A stretch of 64,000 nucleotides of DNA from positions 115,012,001-115,076,000 of the forward strand of contig CM059432.1 in the NCBI GenBank assembly GCA_030390025.1, given 5' to 3'. Positions 15,001 through 29,360 of this stretch are shown in pieces (the first letter of the stretch is position 1; every line of letters starts with the position of its first letter). The DNA comes from Squalus acanthias. Lineage: Eukaryota. The position numbers and the translations under genes are program-made. The notes under the pieces are model-generated. The model worked only from the letters and a program-made list of their open reading frames with translations, did not search any database and had not been told where the DNA came from.

Positions 15001-18000
15001 GACAGAGCACAGCGCTAACAATCCCGATTTCAGACAAAGCACAGTGCTAACAATCCTGATTTCAGACAGAGCACAGCGCTAACAATCCCGATTTCAGACA
15101 ATGCACAGTGCTAACAATCCTGATTTCAGACAGAGCACAGTGCTAACAATCCCGATTTCAGACAATGCACAGTGCTAACAATCCCGATTTCAGACAACGC
15201 ACAGTGCTAACAATCCCAATTTCAGACAACGCACAGTGCTAACAATCCCAATTTCAGACAACGCACAGTGCTAACAATCCCAATTTCAGACAACGCACAG
15301 TGCTAACAATCCCAATTTCAGACAACGTACAGTGCTAACAATCCCGATTTCAGACAACGCACAGCGCTAACAATCCCGATTTCAGACAGAGCACAGCGCT
15401 AACAAACCCGATTTCAGACAGAGCACAGTGCTAACAATCCTGAATTCAGACAGAGCACAGTGCTAACAATCCCGATTTCAGACAGAGCACAGTGCCAACA
15501 ATCCTGATTTCAGACAGAGCACAGTGCCAACAATCCTGATTTCAGACAGAGCACAGCGCTAACAATCCCGATTTCAGACAGAGCACAGTGCTAACAATCC
15601 CGATTTCAGACAGAGCACAGTGCCAACAATCCTGATTTCAGACAGAGCACAGCGCTAACAATCCTGATTTCAGACAATGCACAGTGCTAACAATCCCGAT
15701 TTCAGACAACGCACAGTGCTAACAATCCTGATTTCAGACAACGCACAGCGCTAACAATCCTGATTTCAGACAACGCACAGTGCTAACAATCCCGATTTCA
15801 GACAACGCACAGTGCTAACAATCCCGATTTCAGACAACGCACAGTGCTAACAATCCCGATTTCAGACAACGCACAGAGCTAACAATCCCGATTTCAGACA
15901 ACGCACAGTGCTAACAATCCCGATTTCAGACAACACACAGTGCTAACAATCCCGATTTCAGACAACGCACAGTGCTAACAATCCCGATTTCAGACAACGC
16001 ACAGTGCTAACAATCCCGATTTCAGACAACAGCACAGTGCTAACAATCCCGATTTCAGACAACGTACAGTGCTAACAATCCCGATTTCAGACAACGCACA
16101 GCGCTAACAATCCCGATTTCAGACAACGCACAGTGCTAACAATCCCGATTTCAGACAACGCACAGTGCTAACAATCCCGATTTCAGACAATGCACAGTGC
16201 TAACAATCCCGATTACAGACAATGCACAGTGCTAACAATCCCGATTTCAGACAACGCACAGTGCTAACAATCCCGATTTCAGACAAAGCACAGTGCTAAC
16301 AATCCCGATTTCAGACAACGCACAGTGCTAACAATCCCGATTTCAGCTTAAGCACAGTGCTAACAATCCCGATTTCAGCTTAAGCACAGTGCTAACAATC
16401 CCGATTTCAGACAACGCACAGTGCTAACAATCCCGATTTCAGACAACGTACAGTGATAACAATCCCGATTTCAGACAACGCACAGTGCTAACAATTCCGA
16501 TTTCAGATTAAGCACAGTGCTAACAATCCTGATTTCAGATTAAGCACAGTGCTAACAATCCCGATTTCAGACAACGTACAGTGATAACAATCCCGATTTC
16601 AGACAGAGCACAGTGCTAACAATCCCGATTTCAAACAAAGCACAGTGCTAACAATCCTGATTTCAGACAACGCACAGTGCTAACAATCCCGATTTCAGAT
16701 TAAGCACAGTACTAACAATCCCGATTTCAGATTAAGCACAGTACTAACAATCCCGATTTCAAACAAAGCACAGCGCTAACAATCCCGATTTCAGCTTAAG
16801 CACAGTACTAACAATCCCGATTTCAGACAGAGCACAGTGCTAACAATCCCGATTTCAAACAAAGCACAGTGCTAACAATCCTGATTTCAGACAACGCACA
16901 GTGCTAACAATCCCGATTTCAGATTAAGCACAGTACTAACAATCCCGATTTCAGATTAAGCACAGTACTAACAATCCCGATTTCAAACAAAGCACAGTGC
17001 TAACAATCCCGATTTCAAACAAAGCACAGTGCTAACAATCCTGATTTGAAACAACGCACAGTGCTAACAATCCCGATTTCAGATTAAGCACAGTATTAAC
17101 AATCCCGATTTCAGATTAAGCACAGTGCTAACAATCCCGATTTCAAACAAAGCACAGTGCTAACAATCCCGATTTCAGATTAAGCACAGTACTAACAATC
17201 CCGATTTCAGATTAAGCACAGTGCTAACAATCCCGATTTCAAACAACGCACAGTGCTAACAATCCCGATTTCAGATTAAGCACAGCGCTAAAAATCCCGA
17301 TTTCAGAAAACGCACAGTGCTAACAATCCCGATTTCAGACAAAGCACAGTGCTAACAATCCCGATTTCAGATTAAGCACAGCGCTAACAATCCCGATTTC
17401 AGATTAAGCACAGCGCTAAAAATCCCGATTTCAGAAAACGCACAGTGCTAACAATCCCGATTTCAGACAAAGCACAGTGCTAACAATCCCGATTTCAGAT
17501 TAAGCACAGTACTAACAATCCCGATTTCAGATTAAGCACAGTACTAACAATCCCGATTTCAGATTAAGCACAGTGCTAACAATCCCGATTTCAGATTAAG
17601 CACAGTGCTAACAATCCCGATTTCAAACGACGCACAGTGCTAACAATCCCGATTTCAGACAACGCACAGTGCTAACAATCCCGAATTCAGATTAAGCACA
17701 GTGCTAACAATCCCGATTTCAGACAACGCACAGTGCTAACAATCCCGATTTCAGATTAAGCACAGTGCTAACAATCCCGATTTCAGACAACGCACAGTGC
17801 AAACAATCCCGATTTCAGACAATGCACAGTGCTAACAATCCTGATTTCAGACAAAGCACAGTGCTAACAATCCCGATTTCAGATTAAGCACAGTGCTAAC
17901 AATCCCGATTTCAGACAACGCACAGTGCTAACAATCCCGATTTCAGACAATGCACAGTGCTAACAATCCCGATTTCAGACAACGCACAGTGCTAACAATC

Positions 18001-20109
18001 GTGATTTCAGACAGAGCACAGTGCTAACAATCCCGATTTCAAACAAAGCACAGTGCTAACAATCCTGATTTCAGACAACGCACAGTGCTAACAATCCCGA
18101 TTTCAGATTAAGCACAGTACTAACAATCCCGATTTCAGATTAAGCACAGTACTAACAATCCCGATTTCAGACAACGCACAGCGCTAACAATCCCGATTTC
18201 AGATTAAGCACAGTGCTAACAATCCCGATTTCAGATTTAGCACAGTGCTAACAATCCCGATTTCAAACAACGCACAGTGCTGACAATCCCGATTTCAGAT
18301 TAAGCACAGTACTAACAATCCCGATTTCAGATTAAGCACAGTGCTAACAATCCCGATTTCAAACAAAGCACAGCGCTAACAATCCCGATTTCAGATTAAG
18401 CACAGTACTAACAATCCCGATTTCAGATTAAGCACAGTGCTAACAATCCCGATTTCAGAAAACGCACAGTGCTAACAATCCCGATTTCAGATTAAGCACA
18501 GTGCTAACAATCCCGATTTCAAACAACGCACAGTGCTAACAATCCCGATTTCAGATTAAGCACAGCGCTAAAAATCCCGATTTCAGAAAACGCACAGTGC
18601 TAACAATCCCGATTTCAGACAAAGCACAGTGCTAACAATCCCGATTTCAGATTAAGCACAGCGCTAACAATCCCGATTTCAGATTAAGCACAGCGCTAAA
18701 AATCCCGATTTCAGAAAACGCACAGTGCTAACAATCCCGATTTCAGACAAAGCACAGTGCTAACAATCCCGATTTCAGATTAAGCACAGTACTAACAATC
18801 CCGATTTCAGATTAAGCACAGTACTAACAATCCCGATTTCAGATTAAGCACAGTGCTAACAATCCCGATTTCAGATTAAGCACAGTGCTAACAATCCCGA
18901 TTTCAAACAACGCACAGTGCTAACAATCCCGATTTCAGATTAAGCACAGTGCTAACAATCCCGATTTCAAACAACGCACAGTGCTAACAATCCCGATTTC
19001 AGACAACGCACAGTGCTAACAATCCCGATTTCAGATTAAGCACAGTGCTAACAATCCCGATTTCAGACAAAGCACAGTGCTAACAATCCCGATTTCAGAC
19101 AACGCACAGTGCTAACAGTCCCGATTTCAGATTAACCACAGTGCTAACAATCCCGATTTCAGACAACGCACAGTGCAAACAATCCCGATTTCAGACAATG
19201 CACAGTGCTAACAATCCTGATTTCAGACAAAGCACAGTGCTAACAATCCCGATTTCAGATTAAGCACAGTGCTAACAATCCCGATTTCAGACAATGCACA
19301 GTGCTAACAATCCCGATTTCAGACAACGCACAGTGCTAACAATCCCGATTTCAGACAACGCACAGTGCTAACAATCGTGATTTCAGACAATGCACAGTGC
19401 TAACAATCCCAATTTCAGACAACGCACAGTGCTAACAATCCCGATTTCAGACAATGCACAGTGCTAACAATCCCGATTTCAGACAACGCACAGTGCTAAC
19501 AATCGTGATTTCAGACAATGCACAGTGCTAACAATCCTGATTTCAGACAACGCACAGTGCTAACAATCCCGATTTCAGACAACGCACAGTGCTAACAATC
19601 CCGATTTCAGACAAAGCACAGTGCTAACAATCCTGATTTCAGACAACGCACAGTGCTAACAATCCCGATATCAGACAACGCACAGTGCTAACAATCCCGA
19701 TTTCAGACAACGCACAGTGCTAACAATCCCGATTTCAGATTAAGCACAGTGCTAACAATCCCGATTTCAGACAACGCACAGTGCTAACAATCCCGATTTC
19801 AGACAAAGCACAGTGCTAACAATCCCGATTTCAGACAACGCACAGTGCTAACAATCCTGATTTCAGACAACGCACAGTGCGAACAATCCTGATTTCAGAC
19901 AGAGCACAGTGCTAACAATCCCGATTTCAGACAGAGCACAGTGCTAACAATCCTGATTTCAGACAGAGCACAGTGCTAACAATCCCGATTTCAGACAACG
20001 CACAGCGCTAACAATCCTGATTTCAGACAGAGCACAGCGCTAACAATCCCGATTTCAGACAACGCACAGTGCTAACAATCCCGATTTCAGACAACGCACA
20101 GTGCTAACA

Positions 20110-23100
20110 ATCCCGATTTCAGACAGAGCACAGTGCTAACAATCCTGATTTCAGACAATGCACAGTGCTAACAATCCTGATTTCAGACAACGCACAGTGC
20201 TAAAAATCCCGATTTCAGACAACGCACAGTGCTAACAATCCCGATTTCAGACAACGCACAGTGCTAACAATCCCGATTTCAGACAACGCACAGAGCTAAC
20301 AATCCCGATTTCAGACAGAGCACAGTACTAACAATCCCAATTTCAGACAGAGCACAGTGCTAACAATCCCGATTTCAGACGACGCACAGCGCTAACAATC
20401 CTGATTTCAGACAACGCACAGTACTAACAATCCCGATTTCAGACAGAGCACAGCGCTAACAATCCCGATTTCAGACAGAGCACAGTACTAACAATCCCGA
20501 TTTCAGACAGAGAACAGTACTAACAATCCCGATTTCAGACAGAGCACAGCGCGAACAATCCCGATTTCAGACAGAGCACAGTACTAACAATCCCGATTTC
20601 AGACAATGCACAGTGCTAACAATCCCGATTTCAGACAATGCACAGTGCTAACAATCCCGATTTCAGACAACGCACAGCGCTAACAATCCCGATTTCAGAC
20701 AGAGCACAGTACTAACAATCCCGATTTCGGACAACGCACAGTGCTAACAATCCCGATTTCAGACAAAGCACAGTGCTAACAATCCCGATTTCAGACAACG
20801 CACAGTGCTAACAATCCCGATTTCAGCTTAAGCACAGTACTAACAATCCCGATTTCAGACAACGCACAGTGCTAACAATCCCGATTTCAGACAAAGCACA
20901 GTGCTAACAATCCCGATTTCAGACAACGCACAGTGATAACAATCCCGATTTCAGACAACGCACAGTGCTAACAATTCCGATTTGAGATGAAGCACAGTGC
21001 TAACAATCCTGATTTCAGATTAAGCACAGTACTAACAATCCCGATTTCAGACAACGGACAGTGATAACAATCCCGATTTCAGACAACGCACAGTGCTAAC
21101 AATTCCGATTTGCGATTAAGCACAGTGCTAACAATCCTGATTTCAGATTAAGCACAGTACTAACAATCCCGATTTCAGACAACGCACAGTGCTAACAATC
21201 CCGATTTCAGACAACGTACAGTGATAACAATCCCGATTTCAGTCAACGCACAGTGCTAACAATCCCGATTTCAGACAATGCACAGTGCTAACAATCCTGA
21301 TTTCAGAAACGCACAGTGCTAACAATCCCGATTTCAGACAATGCACAGTGCTAACAATCCCGATTTCAGACAACGCACAGTGCTAACAATCCCGATTTCA
21401 GACAACGCACAGTGCTAACAATCCCGATTTCAGACAACGCACAGTGCTAACAATCCTGATTTCAGACAAAGCACAGTATGAACAATCCCGATTTCAGACA
21501 ATGCACAGTGCTAACAATCCCGATTTCAGACAACGCACAGTGCTAACAATCCCGATTTCAGACAACGCACAGTGCTAACAATCCTGATTTCAGACAACAC
21601 ACAGTGCTAACAATCCCGATTTCAGCTTAAGCACAGTACTAACAATCCCGATTTCAGACAGAGCACAGTACTAACAATCCCGATTTCAGACAATGCACAG
21701 TGCTAACAATCCCGATTTCAGACAATGCACAGTGCTAACAATCCTGATTTCAGACAACGCACAGTGCTAACAATCCCGATTTCAGATTAAGCACAGTACT
21801 AACAATCCCGATTTCAGACAATGCACAGTGCTAACAATCCCGATTTCAGACAACGCACAGTGCTAACAATCCCGATTTCAGACAAAGCACAGCGCTAACA
21901 ATCCCGATTTCAGACAACGCACAGTGCTAACAATCCTGATTTCAGACAACGCACAGTGCTAACAATCCCGATTTCAGATTAAGCACAGTGCTAACAATCC
22001 CGATTTCAGACAGAGCACAGTGCTAACAATCCCGATTTCAGACAACGCAGAGTGCTAACAATCCTGATTTCAGACAACGCACAGTGCTAACAATCCCGAT
22101 TTCAGATTAAGCACAACGCTAACAATCCCGATTTCAGACAACGCACAGTGCTAACAATCCCGATTTCAGACAGAGCGCAGTGCTAACAATCCCGATTTCA
22201 GACAGAGCACAGTGCTAACAATCCCGATTTCAGACAACGCACAGTGCTAACAATCCCGATTTCAGACAGAGCACAGTGCTAACAATCCCGATTTCAGACA
22301 GAGCACAGTGCTAACAATCCCGATTTCAGACAGAGCACAGTGCTAACAATCCCGATTTCAGACAGAGCACAGTGCTAACAATACCGATTTCAGACAACGC
22401 ACAGTGCTAACAATCCCGATTTCAGACAGAGCACAGTACTAACAATCCCGATTTCAGACAACGCACATGCTAGCAATCCCGATTTCAGACAGAGCACAGC
22501 GCTAACAATCCCAATTTCAGATTAAGCACAGTGCTAACAATCCCGATTTCAGATTAAGCACAGTACTAACAATCCCGATTTCAGATTAAGCACAGTACTT
22601 ACAATCCCGATTTCAGACAACGTACAGTGCTAACAATCCCGATTTCAGATTAAGCACAGTACTAACAATCCTGATTTCAGATTAAGCACAGTGCTAACAA
22701 TCCCGATTTCAGATAACGTACAGTGATAACAATCCCGATTTCAGACAACGCACAGTGCTAACAATCCCGATTTCAGATTAAGCACAGTACTAACAATCCC
22801 GATTTCAGACAACGCACAGTACTAACAATCCCGATTTCAGACAACGTACAGTGCTAACAATCCCGATTTCAGACAACGCACAGTGCTAACAATCCCGATT
22901 TCAGACAAAGCACAGTGCTAACAATCCCGATTTCAGACAACGCACAGTGCTAACAATCCTGATTTCAGATTAAGCACAGTGCTAACAATCCCGATTTCAG
23001 ACAAAGCACAGTGCTAACAATCCCGATTTCAGATTAAGCACAGTGCTAACAATCCCGATTTCAGACAAAGCACAGTGCTAACAATCCCGATTTCAGACAA

Positions 23101-26100
23101 CGCACAGTGCTAACAATCCTGATTTCAGATTAAGCACAGTGCTAACAATCCTGATTTCAGATTAAGCTCAGTGCTAACAATCCCGATTTCAGACAATGCA
23201 CAGTGCTAACAATCCCGATTTCAGACAACGCACAGTGCTAACAATCCTGATTTTAGACAGAGCACAGTGCTAACAATCCCGATTTCAGACAACGCACAGT
23301 GCTAACAATCCCGATTTCAGATTAAGCACAGTACTAACAATCCCGATTTCAGACAACGCACAGCGCTAACAATCCCGATTTCAGACAACGCACAGTGCTA
23401 ACAATCCTGATTTCAGACAACACACAGTGCTAACAATCCCGATTTCAGATTAAGCACAGTACTAACAATCCCGATTTCAGACAACGCACAGCGCTAACAA
23501 TCCCGATTTCAGACAACGCACAGTGCTAACAATCCCGATTTCAGATAATGCACAGTGCTAACAATCCCGATTTCAGACAACGTACAGTGCTAACAATCCT
23601 GATTTCAGACAACGCACAGTACTAACAATCCCAATTTCAGACAATGCACAGCGCTAACAATCCCGATTTCAGATTAAGCACAGTGCTAACAATCCCGATT
23701 TCAGATTAAGCACAGTGCTAACAATCCCGATTTCAGATTAAGCACAGTGCTAACAATCCCGATTTCAGACAACGTACAGTGCTAACAATCCTGATTTCAG
23801 ACAACGCACAGTACGAACAATCCCAATTTCAGACAACGCACAGTGTTAACAATCCTGATTTCAGACAACGCACAGTACTAACAATCCCGATTTCAGACAA
23901 CGCACAGTGCTAACAATCCTGATTTCAGACAACACACAGTGCTAACAATCCCGATTTCAGATTAAGCACAGTACTAACAATCCCGATTTCAGACAACGCA
24001 CAGCGCTAACAATCCCGATTTCAGACAACGCACAGTGCTAACAATCCCGATTTCAGATAATGCACAGTGCTAACAATCCCGATTTCAGACAACGTACAGT
24101 GCTAACAATCCTGATTTCAGACAACGCACAGTACTAACAATCCCAATTTCAGACAATGCACAGCGCTAACAATCCCGATTTCAGATTAAGCACAGTGCTA
24201 ACAATCCCGATTTCAGACAACGTACAGTGCTAACAATCCTGATTTCAGACAACGCACAGTACTAACAATCCCAATTTCAGACAATGCACAGCGCTAACAA
24301 TCCCGATTTCAGATTAAGCACAGTGCTAACAATCCCGATTTCAGACAACGTACAGTGCTAACAATCCTGATTTCAGACAACGCACAGTACTAACAATCCC
24401 AATTTCAGACAATGCACAGCGCTAACAATCCCGATTTCAGATAATGCACAGTGCTAACAATCCCGATTTCAGACAACGTACAGTGCTAACAATCCTGATT
24501 TCAGACAACGCACAGTACTAACAATCCCAATTTCAGACAATGCACAGTGCTAACAATCCCGATTTCAGATTAAGCACAGTGCTAACAATCCCGATTTCAG
24601 ATTAAGCACAGTGCTAACAATCCCGATTTCAGATTAAGCACAGTGCTAACAATCCCGATTTCAGACAACGTACAGTGCTAACAATCCTGATTTCAGACAA
24701 CGCACAGTACGAACAATCCCAATTTCAGACAACGCACAGTGTTAATAATCCTGATTTCAGACAACGCACAGTACTAACAATCCCGATTTCAGACAACGCG
24801 CAGTGCTAACAATCCCGATTTCAGACAGAGCACAGTGCTAACAATCCTGATTTCAGACAATGCACAGTGCTAACAATCCTGATTTCAGACAACGCACAGT
24901 GCTAAAAATCCCGATTTCAGACAACGCACAGTGCTAACAATCCCGATTTCAGACAACGCACAGTGCTAACAATCCCGATTTCAGACAACGCACAGAGCTA
25001 ACAATCCCGATTTCAGACAGAGCACAGTACTAACAATCCCAATTTCAGACAGAGCACAGTGCTAACAATCCCGATTTCAGACGACGCACAGCGCTAACAA
25101 TCCTGATTTCAGACAACGCACAGTACTAACAATCCCGATTTCAGACAGAGCACAGCGCTAACAATCCCGATTTCAGACAGAGCACAGTACTAACAATCCC
25201 GATTTCAGACAGAGAACAGTACTAACAATCCCGATTTCAGACAGAGCACAGCGCGAACAATCCCGATTTCAGACAGAGCACAGTACTAACAATCCCGATT
25301 TCAGACAATGCACAGTGCTAACAATCCCGATTTCAGACAATGCACAGTGCTAACAATCCCGATTTCAGACAACGCACAGCGCTAACAATCCCGATTTCAG
25401 ACAGAGCACAGTACTAACAATCCCGATTTCGGACAACGCACAGTGCTAACAATCCCGATTTCAGACAAAGCACAGTGCTAACAATCCCGATTTCAGACAA
25501 CGCACAGTGCTAACAATCCCGATTTCAGCTTAAGCACAGTACTAACAATCCCGATTTCAGACAACGCACAGTGCTAACAATCCCGATTTCAGACAAAGCA
25601 CAGTGCTAACAATCCCGATTTCAGACAACGCACAGTGATAACAATCCCGATTTCAGACAACGCACAGTGCTAACAATTCCGATTTGAGATGAAGCACAGT
25701 GCTAACAATCCTGATTTCAGATTAAGCACAGTACTAACAATCCCGATTTCAGACAACGGACAGTGATAACAATCCCGATTTCAGACAACGCACAGTGCTA
25801 ACAATTCCGATTTGAGATTAAGCACAGTGCTAACAATCCTGATTTCAGATTAAGCACAGTACTAACAATCCCGATTTCAGACAACGCACAGTGCTAACAA
25901 TCCCGATTTCAGACAACGTACAGTGATAACAATCCCGATTTCAGTCAACGCACAGTGCTAACAATCCCGATTTCAGACAATGCACAGTGCTAACAATCCT
26001 GATTTCAGAAACGCACAGTGCTAACAATCCCGATTTCAGACAATGCACAGTGCTAACAATCCCGATTTCAGACAACGCACAGTGCTAACAATCCCGATTT

Positions 26101-29100
26101 CAGACAACGCACAGTGCTAACAATCCCGATTTCAGACAACGCACAGTGCTAACAATCCTGATTGCAGACAACGCACAGTGCTAACAATCCTGATTTCAGA
26201 CAAAGCACAGTATTAACAATCCCGATTTCAGACAATGCACAGTGCTAACAATCCCGATTTCAGACAATGCACAGTGCTAACAATCCCGATTTCAGACAAC
26301 GCACAGTGCTAACAATCCCGATTTCAGACAACGCACAGTGCTAACAATCCTGATTTCAGACAACGCACAGTGCTAACAATCCTGATTTCAGACAAAGCAC
26401 AGTATGAACAATCCCGATTTCAGACAATGCACAGTGCTAACAATCCCGATTTCAGACAACGCACAGTGCTAACAATCCCGATTTCAGACAACGCACAGTG
26501 CTAACAATCCTGATTTCAGACAACACATAGTGCTAACAATCCCGATTTCAGCTTAAGCACAGTACTAACAATCCCGATTTCAGACAGAGCACAGTACTAA
26601 CAATCCCGATTTCAGACAATGCACAGTGCTAACAATCCCGATTTCAGACAATGCACAGTGCTAACAATCCTGATTTCAGACAACGCACAGTGCTAACAAT
26701 CCCGATTTCAGATTAAGCACAGTACTAACAATCCCGATTTCAGACAATGCACAGTGCTAACAATCCCGATTTCAGACAACGCACAGTGCTAACAATCCCG
26801 ATTTCAGACAAAGCACAGCGCTAACAATCCCGATTTCAGACAACGCACAGTGCTAACAATCCTGATTTCAGACAACGCACAGTGCTAACAATCCCGATTT
26901 CAGATTAAGCACAGTGCTAACAATCCCGATTTCAGACAGAGCACAGTGCTAACAATCCCGATTTCAGACAACGCAGAGTGCTAACAATCCTGATTTCAGA
27001 CAACGCACAGTGCTAACAATCCCGATTTCAGATTAAGCACAACGCTAACAATCCCGATTTCAGACAACGCACAGTGCTAACAATCCCGATTTCAGACAGA
27101 GCGCAGTGCTAACAATCCCGATTTCAGACAGAGCACAGTGCTAACAATCCCGATTTCAGACAACGCACAGTGCTAACAATCCCGATTTCAGACAGAGCAC
27201 AGTGCTAACAATCCCGATTTCAGACAGAGCACAGTGCTAACAATCCCGATTTCAGACAGAGCACAGTGCTAACAATCCCGATTTCAGACAGAGCACAGTG
27301 CTAACAATACCGATTTCAGACAACGCACAGTGCTAACAATCCCGATTTCAGACAGAGCACAGTACTAACAATCCCGATTTCAGACAACGCACATGCTAGC
27401 AATCCCGATTTCAGACAGAGCACAGCGCTAACAATCCCAATTTCAGATTAAGCACAGTGCTAACAATCCCGATTTCAGATTAAGCACAGTACTAACAATC
27501 CCGATTTCAGATTAAGCACAGTACTTACAATCCCGATTTCAGACAACGTACAGTGCTAACAATCCCGATTTCAGATTAAGCACAGTACTAACAATCCTGA
27601 TTTCAGATTAAGCACAGTGCTAACAATCCCGATTTCAGATAACGTACAGTGATAACAATCCCGATTTCAGACAACGCACAGTGCTAACAATCCCGATTTC
27701 AGATTAAGCACAGTACTAACAATCCCGATTTCAGACAACGCACAGTACTAACAATCCCGATTTCAGACAACGTACAGTGATAACAATCCCGATTTCAGAC
27801 AACGCACAGTGCTAACAATCCTGATTTCAGACAACGCACAGTGCTAACAATCCCGATTTCAGACAAAGCACAGTGCTAACAATCCCGATTTCAGACAACG
27901 CACAGTGCTAACAATCCTGATTTCAGATTAAGCACAGTGCTAACAATCCCGATTTCAGACAAAGCACAGTGCTAACAATCCCGATTTCAGATTAAGCACA
28001 GTGCTAACAATCCCGATTTCAGACAAAGCACAGTGCTAACAATCCCGATTTCAGACAACGCACAGTGCTAACAATCCTGATTTCAGATTAAGCACAGTGC
28101 TAACAATCCTGATTTCAGATTAAGCACAGTGCTAACAATCCCGATTTCAGACAATGCACAGTGCTAACAATCCCGATTTCAGACAACGCACAGTGCTAAC
28201 AATCCTGATTTTAGACAGAGCACAGTGCTAACAATCCCGATTTCAGACAACGCACAGTGCTAACAATCCCGATTTCAGATTAAGCACAGTACTAACAATC
28301 CCGATTTCAGACAACGCACAGCGCTAACAATCCCGATTTCAGACAACGCACAGTGCTAACAATCCTGATTTCAGACAACACACAGTGCTAACAATCCCGA
28401 TTTCAGATTAAGCACAGTACTAACAATCCCGATTTCAGACAACGCACAGCGCTAACAATCCCGATTTCAGACAACGCACAGTGCTAACAATCCCGATTTC
28501 AGATAATGCACAGTGCTAACAATCCCGATTTCAGACAACGTACAGTGCTAACAATCCTGATTTCAGACAACGCACAGTACTAACAATCCCAATTTCAGAC
28601 AATGCACAGCGCTAACAATCCCGATTTCAGATTAAGCACAGTGCTAACAATCCCGATTTCAGATTAAGCACAGTGCTAACAATCCCGATTTCAGATTAAG
28701 CACAGTGCTAACAATCCCGATTTCAGACAACGTACAGTGCTAACAATCCTGATTTCAGACAACGCACAGTACGAACAATCCCAATTTCAGACAACGCACA
28801 GTGTTAACAATCCTGATTTCAGACAACGCACAGTACTAACAATCCCGATTTCAGACAACGCACAGTGCTAACAATCCTGATTTCAGACAACACACAGTGC
28901 TAACAATCCCGATTTCAGATTAAGCACAGTACTAACAATCCCGATTTCAGACAACGCACAGCGCTAACAATCCCGATTTCAGACAACGCACAGTGCTAAC
29001 AATCCCGATTTCAGATACTGCACAGTGCTAACAATCCCGATTTCAGACAACGTACAGTGCTAACAATCCTGATTTCAGACAACGCACAGTTCTAACAATC

Positions 29101-29360
29101 CCAATTTCAGACAATGCACAGCGCTAACAATCCCGATTTCAGATTAAGCACAGTGCTAACAATCCCGATTTCAGATTAAGCACAGTGCTAACAATCCCGA
29201 TTTCAGATTAAGCACAGTGCTAACAATCCCGATTTCAGACAACGTACAGTGCTAACAATCCTGATTTCAGACAACGCACAGTACGAACAATCCCAATTTC
29301 AGACAACGCACAGTGTTAACAATCCTGATTTCAGACAACGCACAGTACTAACAATCCCGA
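20110..29360 (+). repeat. ~4.7-4.96 kb tandem segmental duplication inside the satellite
   Basis: Rare variants recur at fixed offsets. TAAAAATC 20201/24903, GATTTCGG 20723/25425 and TTTGAGATGA 20981/25683 have offset 4702 (147x32-2). CATGCTAGC 22466/27392 has offset 4926, and TTTTAG 23251/28209 has offset 4958. Confidence 0.9.
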
